Positions 27,569 through 42,250 of a stretch of DNA of 64,000 nt are shown here, piece by piece. The stretch is from Octopus bimaculoides (Eukaryota). Position numbers and translations under genes: made by a program. The DNA lies in assembly GCF_001194135.2 (NCBI RefSeq), contig NC_068985.1:6948181-7012180 (forward strand). Direction: 5' to 3'. Position 1 is the first letter of the stretch. Each line of letters begins with the position of its first letter. The notes beneath the pieces are model-generated. The model worked only from the letters and a program-made list of their open reading frames with translations, did not search any database and was not told the DNA's origin.

Positions 27569-27909
27569 ATATAACTGATTTTCAAATCATATTGCGTCCT
27601 TGAACTTGATACGCTTCATTGAATACATTTTTATAGTTCTCTATGTCAAAAATATCTCATGTCAAAATTATCTTATAATAGAGTTGTCTTTCCAGGTTAT
27701 CGGAATGTTTTAGTCTATTTTTTGCAATGTGCACAAGTGAAATGCTTAACTTCCCCTAAAACAGTGACTGGCTTCCCTAGACGGATCTGGTAGGAAGATA
27801 TGTTGTAAGTTGTTGAAGTACACTTTTATTTAATTTGGCTTCTGCTGAGTTCTCTAGTAAGTAATCCAAGGTTCATATGATAGATATATCAGACACGCAA
27901 ATTTCAAAT

Positions 27910-28118
27910 TTTGGCACAAGGCCAGCAATTTTCAGAGAGACTGCACGTCACTTAGATATAACTGTCTGCTAATCTGTTAATTATTTTATCAACCTCAAAA
28001 AGATGAATGGCTATGTCGAAGTACCTCAGCGGATATTTAACTCAGAACATAAGGTCGGATGAAATGCTGTTAAGCATTTTTACCGGCACCGTTACGATTC
28101 TGACAGCATGCCGTCTTA
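27910..28118 (-). mobile_element. SINE family F (tRNA head, Nin/Deu-like central domain), degraded
   Basis: ttttggcacaaggccagcaatt..ttattttatcaacctcaaaaagatgaatggc..actcagaac..gaaatgctgttaagcatt; matches 33690-33853. Confidence 0.7.
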
Positions 28119-28288
28119 AATCAGATTTTAATATTGATTTCACATTCTAGCACAATGCCAGCAATTTGGGGATAACGATAACCCGATTACTTAAACTTCA
28201 GTGCGCAACTGATCCACTTGGGTGGATGTATTCGATTTAACCCCTCTCACGAAATTGCTGGCCTCGTACTAACATCTATATGATAGGG

Positions 28289-28289
<1 letters not shown>

Positions 28290-28365
<76 letters not shown>
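28290..28365. repeat. (TAA)n microsatellite
   Basis: Direct reading. Confidence 0.95.
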
Positions 28366-28366
<1 letters not shown>

Positions 28367-28711
28367 GAATACCCCTCCCAGAAAACGAATGGTATGTGAA
28401 GTTGTTACAAATACTGTGACGTAGTTGAGCAGTCGGCGAAGTCGGTCATAGATAGTCACGTCTTACTTGTCTAACTAACTATACTGCTATACCGGAGTGG
28501 ACTTTATAACAGTCCGACGATGGATTACAACAATTTGGAATCAATATTAATATGAAAATCGACATTACGATATGATATGAAAATATCAATATGGGATTTT
28601 TGTGTGGATGCCAAAATCCTATACAATTTTTTATGCAGGTTTTAAATCTTTTTATATTTGACTTTGCCTGTTTTCTGTCATCAAATAATTATATACCAGT
28701 AAAACAAGACA

Positions 28712-28941
28712 TTTTCTTGTTTACTTGTGCCAGACCATAGACTGCGGTCATGTTGGGACATCGACTTGAAGAATTTAGTCGAATGTATCGACTCCAGCAC
28801 TTGTTGTTTTTTAAAGCCTGGTAATCATTCTATCGTTGTTTTTTTGCTAAACTGCTAAGCTACGTAGACATAAAAACGCCAACTGGTTGTCAAGCAGTGG
28901 ACATGGAGAAGCGCAAACACAAATATACATGTGAGAGATAG

Positions 28942-28994
<53 letters not shown>

Positions 28995-29100
28995 TGCCAC
29001 AAGCTTCTTTCAGTTTTTGTCTACCAAATCAACTTACAAGGCTTTGGTCAGCCCTAGGCTATACCACAAGTTTCCACACTGTGGGATTGAACCCGGAACC
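28712..29100 (-). mobile_element. SINE family A, degraded
   Basis: Tail 28712-28900, (GATA)/(GA) tract, head cttctttcagtttttgtctaccaaatc..gattgaacccggaacc. Confidence 0.8.
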
Positions 29101-30889
29101 TGCGTCTACGTGTTTAAGAAACAAATATAAAGTGCTGTCGCCTATCGAAATGCGTCATAGCGCCAAAGCAAACAGCAATATAGCGGAAGTGGCAATGTAG
29201 GGCAGTCTATATCATCAACTATGGTGTCTTCTATTGAATTCCCCGGTGGGATGTCTTTGTGAAAACTGTGCCATGAAGAGAAATCAATAGTCCTACATCG
29301 GAAAATATTCATTAAAATTATCTTAAGAATCGTTTCCTGATTTCGTGTAAACTGAAGCTGCAAAGAGTATACAATAGTGTTTCCTACATTCTTTTTAGAA
29401 AAAGATAATATTGAATAATTTTATATTAATATTAAATAAATTTACAATAAATACAGGAAAATATATTTAGGTAAAAATTACTTTTTATGTCTGTTTCATT
29501 CCTTCCTTTCAGTTTTTTCCATTTTTTATTCTATAACTTTTATCTATCTTAATTTAATTTTATATATATTTATATGCATTCTTTGGCATCACCCATTTCT
29601 GATTCATAATCTTAATTCTTTACATTGTATTTTTCAATTTATAAAATATATTTTGCTTTGCTTATAATTTACTTCTTTTGCATTCATGTCGTACAATTGA
29701 GTTCATTCATTGATAGATACATAAATACATACATATATATATATATATATATANNNNNNNNNNNNNNNNNNNNNNNNNNNNNNNNNNNNNNNNNNNNNNN
29801 NNNNNNNNNNNNNNNNNNNNNNNNNNNNNNNNNNNNNNNNNNNNNNNNNNNNNTATATTCGGGTCACGCAACTTTACATTATTACTTCCGTTCATTTACA
29901 TTGTTGTCTTTTCATTGGAAATTAATTTAAAATGCTCTTACCGTGACAAAGAATATTATGCCTTGAAAAGAAAACTTGTAGAAGTTACTTTCTATTCTTT
30001 TACATTGAGTTTGAAATAAATCATGAAATAAATAACAAAAGACGTATAGGAATATATAAGAATAATGGAAAGATTAGTCTGTTACTCGTCTGGTCTTGCG
30101 TTTTTTATAGCCTGAGTATTATCAGTGTCTTTAGCTTAATTATTTCTCTTTACTTCAGTTTCGGTTCTCAATTCATTTTTCTGTCTAACCTTCTAACTAT
30201 GCATCTAACTACATACATTGATACCTAGGTTATTATTTAAATACCCATCTATTTTCCTATTCATATACGTAGATGCCCTTTGTAAAGCAAAGAATTGAAT
30301 ACAATCTCTTTAAAGATACGATTGTTGTGCATGATATATTGTGTAGATTAGTTAATTTTCATATAATTCGATATCTTTGTTTTCTTGTTCAATCATATAC
30401 GTTCCCTTGTTTTTCCTTTGAATACTCCGATGGTTTCGGTTTTTCCTACGGCTTTGTCTACCCCACCACTCTCTCACTCTTCCTATCATGTATAAATGTT
30501 TACGCCATTCACATCAAAATTACTGGGAGATGCGGAAAGAACTGAAATCACCATGATTCTGTTATGTGTATACATGCTCTTAATTTATATTTAGAGTTAC
30601 GAACAATATTTTATTCATAGTAATAATACACACGTTGTATTTTCTGTCCATAATTTATTAACTCATATATTGTATCGAATAAGTGTCGATTTTATTCTTT
30701 TCCAAATCACGAAAATAATGAAAATAACATTTTAGTTCGATATTAAAAGATACAAAAAGAATTAATAGGAGCAGAGATAACTGGAACGCTTGTCTCCTGT
30801 AATAAAGGTTATGTTACTGTCAATCATTTTTAATATTTGCATTAATATACTATACATTGTTTGGTGTTATATCAAATATGTAGGGCAAC

Positions 30890-31255
30890 GTGGAGGCGCA
30901 ATGGTCCAGTGGATAGGGCAGCGAACTCGCAGTCCTGGGATCGCAGTTTCGATTCCCAGACCGGGTGTTGTGAGTGTTTAATGAGCGAAAACACTTGAGG
31001 CTCCGGCAGGGTTGGTAGCGAATGCTGCTCTACTCTTTCACCACAACTTTCTCTCACACGTCCTGTTTCTCTTGTACCTGTATTTCAAGAGGCCAACCTT
31101 GTCACATTCTGTGTCACGCTGAATCTCCCTGAGAACTACGTTAAGGGTACACGTGTCTGTGGAGTGCTCAGCCACTTACACTTAATTTCACGAGCAGGCT
31201 GTTCCGTTGATCGGATCAACTGGAACCCTCGTTGTCCTAACCGACGGAGTGCCAC
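30890..31255 (+). mobile_element. SINE family B, full length
   Basis: ggcgcaatggtccagtggatagggcagcgaactcgcagtcctgggatcgcagtttcgattccc head (A- and B-box-like); tail ends ccgacggagtgcca. Confidence 0.9.
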
Positions 31256-33321
31256 GTGCATCGGTGAATGTTGTTTGTGCTAGTTACATCTATTTAGTTA
31301 TCTAGTTCTCATTTTGACTCAGTAAATATTACCTTTCATATATAATCGATAAAATAAAACAAGCATTCTCTTGGATTTCTCTAACTTATTGAAATTTGTT
31401 CGGGTGTTCCAATGCGAAAGGTTCTGGTCATAGTCACAGACCTCTTATTGGGCACCTGCTATTAGGACTGTCTTCAAACTGTTTTTGTCTTCATCGACTC
31501 AATCAAAGAAACACTTGGCAGCTGCAACACGATCTTTTTATTTTAGATAACCGCACTTTATACATTTAATCCCAAGCGCTGTTATAATAAATGAAGTAAG
31601 CTAGAACGTTACAACTTGCGTGCAATCAACATAAATCTGGCTCCGTTACCATAGCAAAAGTTCCGATGCTTATTGACGAGTCCTCGCATCAGACATCTTC
31701 TTGTATTGACAAGGCTTTGTTCAGAAATATGCATTTATTACAAATATTAATTAGGGTAATTAAAGCAATATAAGGCATTCGATAGAGAGATGAACAACAT
31801 ATTTCGGTATTTCCATATTCTTTACCTTGAATTCCGCTGATATCGACCACAGCGTTACACATGCCCTGGGTATATAAACAAGTAGCGACCAAATATTATG
31901 CTGAAATTCAATACATTGTAAATCGATATTTGCGACCTTTTACCACACCAAATAAATTTCGTTATGGCATATGTTTTGTAAACTAACACAACTCTCATGC
32001 CTCCATTTTCATTGAACTTTATTTTGACACTTGTGTTTGTGGTTGTAAGTGTATGAATGCAATATATGTGTATGTATATGGAAATAGATTTGGTGTTTTC
32101 CCCTTTAAACAGTTTGATATAAGAAAATTTTCCTTTAAAGAGCTTGATATAAGTACATTTTAAAAATTATACATAATATATATTTTGCGTCTAGATAACA
32201 CTAAGTTACTGCACCATCTAGACAACGATTACATTTACTAAAATATAATTTATTTTCGCACAAAACTTCACGTGATACTGACAGACATCTTGAGCTCCTT
32301 TATAAGGCAAACTCATAAGTGGAGAAAAAGTTGAAGGGGTTGAGCCAATCCTAGTTAAAGATCTCTTAAAATGAAAATAAAACTGTTGTCATTTAAAATA
32401 CTGTATCTAAAATATTCACTATCTTCAAAATGTATTGAACATTTCTATTCCTGAACCTAACATAACGTAAACTTCAGCGGGTGGAATGCGCTGCATATTA
32501 CTCAAGAGTAGAGAGGACTCAGAAGATTCGATTCAGCCATTTTAATAACGACATAAACCTAACCACATTGAATGCAGTGTAAATAAATATACTCAAAATT
32601 TCAAATAAATGATACACTTGAATGTTTCTAACGAAAAATTATCAGAGGAAAGATACAGGATAGAAGATCTTATGTTTCAATGTACAGAATGTTCCACCAA
32701 GGAACATGAGATAGAACGCCTCAGCAATAATACCCTAATATTATTCATCTTAGAATTCCGTAAAAACTCAATATCATAACGAAATATACCAAAATTCTGC
32801 ATTTAAGCCTTTGAGAACACAAGGAATAGTGTTTTAGACCAGTAAAGTTAGTCTAATAAAGTATAAGAAAGCATGGCAAGAATGAAATTGTTAAATGATA
32901 ACTTAACAGACAAATAGAAAATGATGAATCATAAAGATTACGTTTAACAAATACGTTAGCAAGCTGATTAAGGTAGGCAATAATATTATTACTTAAATTA
33001 TCTCTTTTGAAATTCGATAGATTTATTGATGCAGAGGATTATCCAGCCCAATGGTAAAACACCACCAACGCAAACCTAGCAACAGCAGAATACGTGGTTC
33101 GATCTGGCAAAACACCGTTTTGCTTTATCATTTTATGCAATTATTCCCACCCTTTATGTTCAGTTACACAGGATTAACACAGGGTATATATGTCAGCTGC
33201 CTTATCTAAAAGACGTACTACTACTGATGAATACTTTATCAAATCTCTCTAGACATCCCAATTATGTGCGAGAAAACACGCACAAACGCTTTAGTTATTA
33301 TTTATATTATTAACATTATTT

Positions 33322-33377
33322 AGCGTGGGCTACTAACCCCAAGATTGCGAGATCAATTCCAGGCAGTGCCTTGAATA

Positions 33378-33428
<51 letters not shown>

Positions 33429-33605
33429 NNNNNNNNNNATGCAAAACAAAAGTCAAACATAAAATAATAATAATAATAATATAGGCAAATAATAACTTAG
33501 GAATGGGAACCCAGGTTTGAGTTCAAAATTTCACAAGGATACCTGATGAAGCCTGGAGAGTAAATCAGCCGAAACAATGTGGCAACAACAAACACGATGA
33601 AGTTA
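33322..33605 (+). mobile_element. SINE family D copy 4, with intact CTGATGA...GAAAC core
   Basis: gcgtgggctactaaccccaagattgcgagatcaattccagg head; (AAT)n with a gap; CTGATGA at 33543-33549 and GAAAC at 33571-33575. Confidence 0.8.
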
Positions 33606-33689
33606 TTTCAAAGCAAAATGGAATCTACACCGATTAAGATATTTTATTAATGATTAAAATGTCTTTCAATTCCATAATTATTGATGTCA

Positions 33690-33853
33690 ACTTTTGACAC
33701 AATGCCAGCAATTTCGACCCCATTGCTCAACCGGTAGATATTTTATCGACCCCAGAAAAATGGAAGGCAAATTTGACCTCGGCGGAATTCTAACTCAGGA
33801 AGTAGAAGTGAACGAAATGCCGCTAAACGCTTTGCCCGATGTACCGCCTTTGT
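33690..33853 (-). mobile_element. SINE family F, partial
   Basis: tattttatcgaccccagaaaaatggaaggcaaatttgacctcggcggaattctaactcagg..gaaatgccgctaa. Confidence 0.75.
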
Positions 33854-34199
33854 CAACTTTTGTTTTAAAGTGTTGAATTACCTTCCAATTCAAAGTCAAA
33901 GATCTATCGACTCAGGAAATCAGATTTGCTACAAGACGTAATCTTGAGATAAATCATAAGATGACCAGATGACTTGAGAGGAAAATGACGAAAGCCTGAG
34001 CCAAGCCGTGTCAGATATCTTTTTTCTGAAGTTGAAATTGATGTTGTCAATAAATATTTAATATAAGAAATGTACATATATATGTGTGTGGGTATTCATT
34101 TTTGTATGCATGAATTTACGTATATATACATCTAGGTACACATCTATGTATGTATGTATTTATGCGTGTGCGCGCGACAGTTTAAGACAATAATAATAT

Positions 34200-35790
34200 T
34201 ACAGATCTGATGTTGCAAAACATTTGGACTTTCATAAGCCTTCTACACAGTAAATTTTTTTGAAAAGTATCGAATCCATGCAGGCATTGAACAGAATGGG
34301 AGCCGAGACAACGCTGACGAACCCTTAAACTAACTGATAGAACGAAGATGTCTAAGTCACAGGTCAAACTGCACTGACTGATACAGTGTACAAGGCCATC
34401 ATCAGCCGAACAATTTGAGGAGGTATACCTCGCAGCTCCAGAATCCTCCATCGTTTAGAACTTCTTGTGAATGTGTACTTAGACTGCAAGGAACCCCTGA
34501 TCGCATGTCTACTCAGGCCGTTGAGTCGCAAACAGATGCTTTGGCACTGTTCGGGATGACCCTGGCAAAAATAAAACCTTAACGGGCGCTAAGTGGACTG
34601 TGACAGCTCTATAATCGTTACAGTCGTGGCGGACGACTTTACCTTTCTAGAGCCGGATAATTACGCCCCTCTTCCAGTGAGAGGGCAAGATTTCGCTGCT
34701 CAACGTTGAGCAAAAACAAGACTGCTGCTGGTTCACCTGTGTTGATCATGTCCCTATTGATGTCACAAACACGTGCTGCCTTCTCATCCTTTAGATGAAT
34801 TGCGACCGTGCGAATCTCTCTCGTCTTAGGACATCAGATCACAAGTGACTTGGAGGTCGGTCACCAGTGCTGAAGGTATTCTGGTATTCAAATCTATATT
34901 ATTTGACTCCATTTTATAGAACTCCTCAAAGTACGATACTCCACGAGCCAATACCGTGGGCTTCTCCGTTAGAAGTGCCATCAGAATCGAAGACTCCAGA
35001 ACGTCGATGTGGATTAAGGGAGCTTCTCTCCATTCTCTAAGCATAGCAATTCCTCTGTAGGCGATACGTGAGTCAACTGTGTGAAGCCAACAGTTGATAT
35101 ACTCGTAGAGTTTTTCAAATTTGCTTTTTCATGTCGGACCACAGAGGTGTGAATTCCCCACATCTCATACCCCGAAGCAAATAATCAAGGGGTTCGCCCA
35201 CTTTCGCCCTGCGTCTGCGTTCCTCCAGTGCGTGAATTTCACTGGAAAGGAAACACTTGCTGACTTGATTTTGGAGAAAAATACGTTCTCCAGCGGTCGA
35301 CAGCAGGGTGTCCCAGTATATTTCTAATCAGTATATTCATACAAGATTAGATGAAGAGTCAGCACCAGATAGTACAGATCTAAGTTACTGCAAATAAGTT
35401 TTGATTACACTGTTGTCTTTGAGCCTGTAGAGATCCACTCTGGGACTGGCTGCCTTTCAGCTTCTTAGACTTCAGTCGTAATCCCAACTCAAGAAACTAG
35501 CATTCGGAAAGCACCCAGCCACCAACTACAATTACGTAGTGGATCTCCTTTGCTACACAGCCGCTATTAGAATAGCGTTCAACAATAGTCCAACAATACA
35601 TCCCAGCAAATCGGTACCAGGAGCCACCAATGGTTTTTCACTTAGACGAAGGGCATCACACCACTTTTCTTCCTAGCACCGGACCCAAAAGAGCCGAAAA
35701 CGCTGTCGCTTACCGTATTGTCAGAACGGGGTAGCGAAATGAAATGGGATAAATAACTGGAAAATAAAAATCGGTCAGAATCGTGGGGAA
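34200..35790 (-). mobile_element. RTE-clade LINE remnant (APE C-terminus to RT motif B), many stops and frameshifts
   Basis: Minus translations: RYSNSGCVAKEIHYVIV (APE end); HLKDEKAARVCDINRDMINTG; HWKRGVIIRL*KGK..DCNDYRAVT; ELRGIPPQIVRLMMALY; VRQRC/APILFNACMD. These appear in the correct order for RTE ORF2; truncated before YADD. Confidence 0.9.
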
Positions 35791-36033
35791 CTTGAATCTA
35801 TTGCTTTTACTGAATAATAAGTCGTAAAATCTCTGAAGTCACTTCTGCTTGATTAATTACTATAAATGTCAATTTGTATTATCTGATAGGCTGCGCGGAT
35901 TGAGACGTAACTGTACATCGGGCGTCTGGATGTGTTTGCTGGTGTGTTTTGTTACGTATTACGATTAAGATAATTTATGTGTGAGCATTTGTATGTGCAC
36001 ACGTCATGTACCATATATGAAACACACACACAT

Positions 36034-36068
<35 letters not shown>

Positions 36069-36094
36069 CACACACACACACACATATATATACC

Positions 36095-36134
<40 letters not shown>

Positions 36135-36783
36135 NNNNNNNNNNNNNNNNNNNNNNNNNNNNNNNNNNNNNNNNNNNNNNNNNNNNNNNNNNNNNNNNNN
36201 NNNNNNNNNNNNNNNNNNNNNNNNNNNNNNNNNNNNNNNNNNNNNNNNNNNNNNNNNNNNNNNNNNNNNNNNNNNNNNNNNNNNNNNNNNNNNNNNNNNN
36301 NNNNNNNNNNNNNNNNNNNNNNNNNNNNNNNNNNNNNNNNNNNNNNNNNNNNNNNNNNNNNNNNNNNNNNNNNNNNNNNNNNNNNNNNNNNNNNNNNNNN
36401 NNNNNNNNNNNNNNNNNNNNNNNNNNNNNNNNNNNNNNNNNNNNNNNNNNNNNATATATATATATATATGAAGTAAAAATTTACGGAAAAAAATTCCACG
36501 TCGTGAATTGTGGTGAAAAATATAGAAAGAAGGAAAAAAATACGGAAATTTCATATTGGGGAAGTTTTTTAATGAAAATATATAATGTAGATAGATATAG
36601 ACAGACAGACAGAAAGACATATAAACAGACACATACATACATACACACATGCATACATACATACATACATACATACATACATACATACATACATGCAGGC
36701 AGGGATACATACCTACGTATATACGTACTACCTAACTACCGACCTACCTGCATGCCTACCTACATACGTACATACACACGTTG

Positions 36784-36841
<58 letters not shown>

Positions 36842-38386
36842 ACACGCTTATATACATGCATCACACATACATGCATATATACATTAATGATACGTACGCA
36901 CAAGTGTGTGCATGTGTGTGAACAGGTGTGTGAATTAGCGCAACCATATGTTTCTCTTTAGAATTATGTCTGACGAAAAATCTACATCATGAATGAAATA
37001 GAAATAGACAGGTATCTCTGCTTGAACATTTTAATGTTTTCCTCCGTTATTTTTTGTATTTACTGATGCGTAAAGGCGAAAGCAGCATCTATATAAAGTT
37101 AGTATAATTTAACTCTATGTAAGTATTGCATAATCACCAATCTATCGATAGCCTCTCCAGATATGGATCACGTAACGCTCGTATGTATACATAATTTTCA
37201 AGTTTCTTTCATTAGATTCTCAAGATTATAGATAGATTACTTCTCACCCGTGAACTATAAAAGTTAGTTAACTTTGTGGAAGGAATTTTATCTTATTGAG
37301 AATTTATATTTGTATATCTTCGTTGCAATTCAAATTTCAGTCTATTTATATGTCCACTAAGTCCCTGATATTACATTAATATTTGATCTGAATATGTTTC
37401 TCATAATATTATAAATGATACTCGTCTGAGGTTACTTGTTCGGTTTTGCATCTTCAATTAATTGATGGCGATAGACATTTTCTATGTTAATTCTTTCCTC
37501 GGAGTGTGAATTGCTAACGACAGTCGAGAAATTCCGTTAACACATTTATTTTATTACTAGCTTCAATGTCATTTGATGTAATAGGAAAGTAACATATTCT
37601 AACATAGCACATGTAAAACCCAAGATATATCTCATTGTGTAACATAAAACTTTGACTCCCATATGTAAATTGAGATACTTGCACGTTATTTACAATCAAA
37701 CGTTATAAACAGCAATATTATTTCAAAGCCTAAAGCAATGCGGCATTGAATCACATATGTAAATTGAGATACTTACATGTTATTTATAATCGTACGTTCT
37801 AAACTACTGTGTGTCTTCCCTAGTTTAAGGCAATTCTTTATTTCAATGTTCGTTGTAAATTAGAAATTCTTGTTCCATTTAAGTTTTGTTCAAGTAGCTA
37901 ATTGGTATTAATGTCAAAACAGTGATGAGATTTTATAAAATATCCAGTGTCCTCTTCAATCAACACATTGGCAATATAGCTTTACAAAACACCATTTTGT
38001 AGCCTTCTGGAAAAATTTATAGAAAATCGATTATCAATATTTGAAATACTGTCGCCTCTTTCTTTTCAAATACAGATTGATTACTTGTCAAATTTCAGCA
38101 TGACCGCCTATGTTGGCAATACGTTTGAAAATTCAAAATTTAAGTATCTATTAGATTGATTGTATTCTCCCAGGATATTCGTTTTCTAAAAATACAGATT
38201 ACTGTAACGTATTTGAAACTAGAGTATTGTTTATAAACAAATGACACGAAACAATTTCACCAGTCAATCGACGCGATTCGTTCTTTCATTTTCACAGAGA
38301 AATTTGTTTATTTATACATTCAGAGCCTTTCATGATGATTGTTATTCTAAATGATCAAACTACCAGTATTTCAGTTACCAATAAAT

Positions 38387-38422
<36 letters not shown>

Positions 38423-38508
38423 ATGCATACATATATATATGTAAACATACATACATACATATATATATATATTGCTATATATATATATGTGTGTGTGTCT
38501 GTGTGTGT

Positions 38509-38540
<32 letters not shown>

Positions 38541-38654
38541 AAGCAAATCAAAAATTATAGATGACATATAAAACAACAAAAGTCAAAAGGATCTACACGT
38601 GGACTGTACTGGCTTGACGTTCAGTAAAGTTGGAAGAACGAGTAGGATTACAAC

Positions 38655-38685
38655 ATTTCGAACACGGCTCTTCGTCAGAAAGAGG
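38655..38685 (-). ncRNA. Degenerate minimal hammerhead-like motif
   Basis: Minus: tcttt CTGACGA a gagc cgt gttc GAAA tgtt. The core is intact; helix I and III are imperfect. Confidence 0.4.
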
Positions 38686-38924
38686 AGAAAGGGAAGTTCA
38701 AGAAAAACACGTGTGTTTTTACATGTCTGAGTGTGGTTACATGTTTGTAGTTACACTTATATACCTATACATAGTTGTTTAAAGATATATGTATCCATAT
38801 AATAATTCAAAAATACTTACATGTGTGTGTGTGTGTTTCTGTGTGTGTGTCTGTGAGTGTGTCTGTGTGTACATATCCGCGTATATATACAGATATACAG
38901 ACAGTCAGACAGGTATATATATTT

Positions 38925-39166
<242 letters not shown>

Positions 39167-42039
39167 GAAGTGTGTATATATATTATACGTGTGTATTTAT
39201 GTATATACGACAGGTGAACAAACGATAGGAAACAGCGCTCTTTTATTTGGCTTTGTAACTGACGCAATCCCAGATTGATTCTGCATTATTAAAAGTTTTG
39301 TAGGGACAAAATATTTTATATCCTTAGGTATACCTCTTCAGAATTTTACCGTGTGCACCTAACGTTGTGGAAGACCTCTACGCCTTTCAAAGGCGCAGAA
39401 TTCGTCCGCAACTTTTACTAAATATATGCACGTGTCTCTATGTGTCTTTATGCATATGTATCAAACATTTTGAATGTCGTTTATATAGCACACTCCTTTG
39501 TTAATAGACAAAAGTTAAAAGAACTGATTCTCACTAGAAATTTATATTTATTAGGAATAAGATAACGAGTCGCTCCTTTGTTATTTTACACTCGACGCGT
39601 CATTAAAAGTACATGCACCATCACCCTAATTACATTTGGTAAATATAACGCATTAATAAGGTTCCGGTTAATCACTTATCTTCCACTAAAGCGTATAGAA
39701 TGACTGCATGGGTTAGAGACCAGACAAATCGTCACCGCTAGGTAAACTACCATCTTACATGGGAACTTTTCCAGCATATAATCACAAACATTGCTGTCGT
39801 GATTTGTAAGAGCTTATCCGTTATCACACGAGATTTGGAATATTTTTATCTTTTGTTACGTTTCGTTATATTGAGGGAGTGTTAATGAAAGGCTAGAATG
39901 TCAGAGTCCAACAACACACGACGAACGAGAAGAAACCATCTAATATTATTTACCACGTTATAGAGTATGAATGCATTCAAACACACAAATAGATATCAGA
40001 GTTAAGTCTAGGTTAAACAGTAACACGTGTAGCTAATATTTATAAACATAAGTAACAAGCCAAATATAATTGTTAAACTCCTGGCTAACAAAATACTTCT
40101 GTCGTATATAAAACAAAGATACTTTTTGTTGCATGCAATATAAGCCATGCCTAAAATATGCAGAGATTTCGGAACGTCAGTATTTCCCATCATATGTAAG
40201 AATTTTCACAGTTCGTTTGTCAATATGCAGCAGTAGCAACAACAATGAGAATGACGACAAAACAACAACCATTCAAGTGAAACATTGCTCTACATACGTG
40301 TATTATGCTTGCGAGTGCAGGTGTTTGGGTATACCTACGCGCATGACTATATCGAAGATGCCTCAAGTGATAGGTTGATCTGAGGCTTAAACATGATTTA
40401 TACATTCATACGAATCTACAAACTTATTGGCGTCGGATTATTCATCAAAGTTTATATAATATCATGTTACAAACGGATGAAGTTAAAAGCCAACGTCAGT
40501 GGGTAACTGAATGCACACGTTGATCTAATAATATTTAATGTTCAACAAATTATATCTAAGAACAGTTTAATGCATCAGAAATTGTCGTTTCAAAAAGATG
40601 ACTCCTAACTCTATATTAGTTTTTCACATTACCGATGCCCCTGTGTTATATTGATTGAAAAGAATTGTGAATTTGATTTACTTCAAAGATTTTATTCAGC
40701 AGTATTGTGTAGAGACTCAATACCGTTCTTATTTTCTAGGATTATCTTACTCTGATCTCATTTAATTAGATGAAGTCTGCTTAAAAGTGGCTAAACTTTA
40801 AAAAAATTAATAATGTTTTGTCAATATTCATTATGGAGTCGTACTAACAGTACTTGTACGCTGGTCAGATTTCTGTCATTATTGATAGGAGTTCTACAGT
40901 TTTGTTTGTAGTGTTAGAACGTATCACCGTTGCTGTTCTCGAAGTAAAGTGTATTTGACCTAAATTATTATCAGAAATCGGAGACCATTCGTAGCATATT
41001 TAATGTTCTAAACACTAATCCAGTGAGTAGGGTGATTGAGTATTGAGATGTCTCGTAATTTCCTCCAAATTCTTATAGTAAATATTGCAGATAGAAATAT
41101 TCTCTGTCATGTTACAGGACTCAGCTTTTTTGTGCCTATGCCTCAGTACTTTGCCTTCGTACTAATTCTCTGAAATACTTCCAGAGGCCAGCCAAGAATA
41201 GCAAGGTATTGATCAACTGAGCTCGTGAAGCAATTCATGACAGACGACGTTCTTAATTGGAAATTATGATCTATATAACCTTGGATTTAAGAACGTTTCA
41301 CATGTTATTGTTTTGTGAAGGCTTAGCATCGATAACACAAATTCACCCACATTTTCATAGTTATAATACCTTCCGAAAACTTTCCATCCTCACTCGAACG
41401 AGTAAACAGCTGCTGGAAGACTATGATACGATTTATATCTGGCACTATTCGCAACGCAAAATATACCTTATTAACATTTCTTTTTAACGTTCCCATTAAA
41501 ATCAATGGGCACAAAATTTCATTGCATCATAAATATCCGAAAACGTCAGGGCTGACAACCGACTAACTTCACGAATCAAGTCGCTCACTTATATAATGTG
41601 ATCGTTGCACGTTATACTAGAATGTCGTCCAGATTTGTAACTAACTGGTAACGTTTTGAATATTCACGTCATTGTTTTGGATTCAAAACAATGTTCGCTA
41701 TGAGCGCGATACAAGTTATAAAATATTCTGTGAAAGATTTCCGAATTTGAAATATAAATTCATAAACACGTTGCCTTTCCTAACACTTCGATGTTTAACT
41801 TGCCAATTGCACAAAACCTTTGTTCATTCCTTAATGCGTACATTACTATCACAATGATGTGATGTGAGGTCTCTCTTATTAGATAGAAGGAAAATGTCAC
41901 CCACGAAGTCTTTGCAGTCACTAGTAAGTGGCATTGTCTTGTCGGAGCCCTGTTGTTTCGGATTAGATCAATTGATTATGCTAAACTTGATATATTCTTC
42001 GTTGAAAATACGATTATATTAGGTCTTGTAGATCTTTTA

Positions 42040-42202
42040 TCTCACATTCCTTATTTGATTATGTCATTAGACTACGGTCATGCTGGAGCACCGCATTTTA
42101 GTCGAACCTGGTATTTGATCTATCCGTTGCGGGGACGAAACACACTAACACCAAATATCAAATAGTGGAGGGTAGGAAAAACACAAACCCACACAAGCGC
42201 AC

Positions 42203-42250
<48 letters not shown>

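Noticed and set aside
35121-35327. Plus-strand ORF with LILEKNTFS..RQQGVP resembling a Penelope RT motif
   Set aside because: It is antisense to a well-supported RTE ORF2 with ordered motifs on minus; the resemblance is coincidental.
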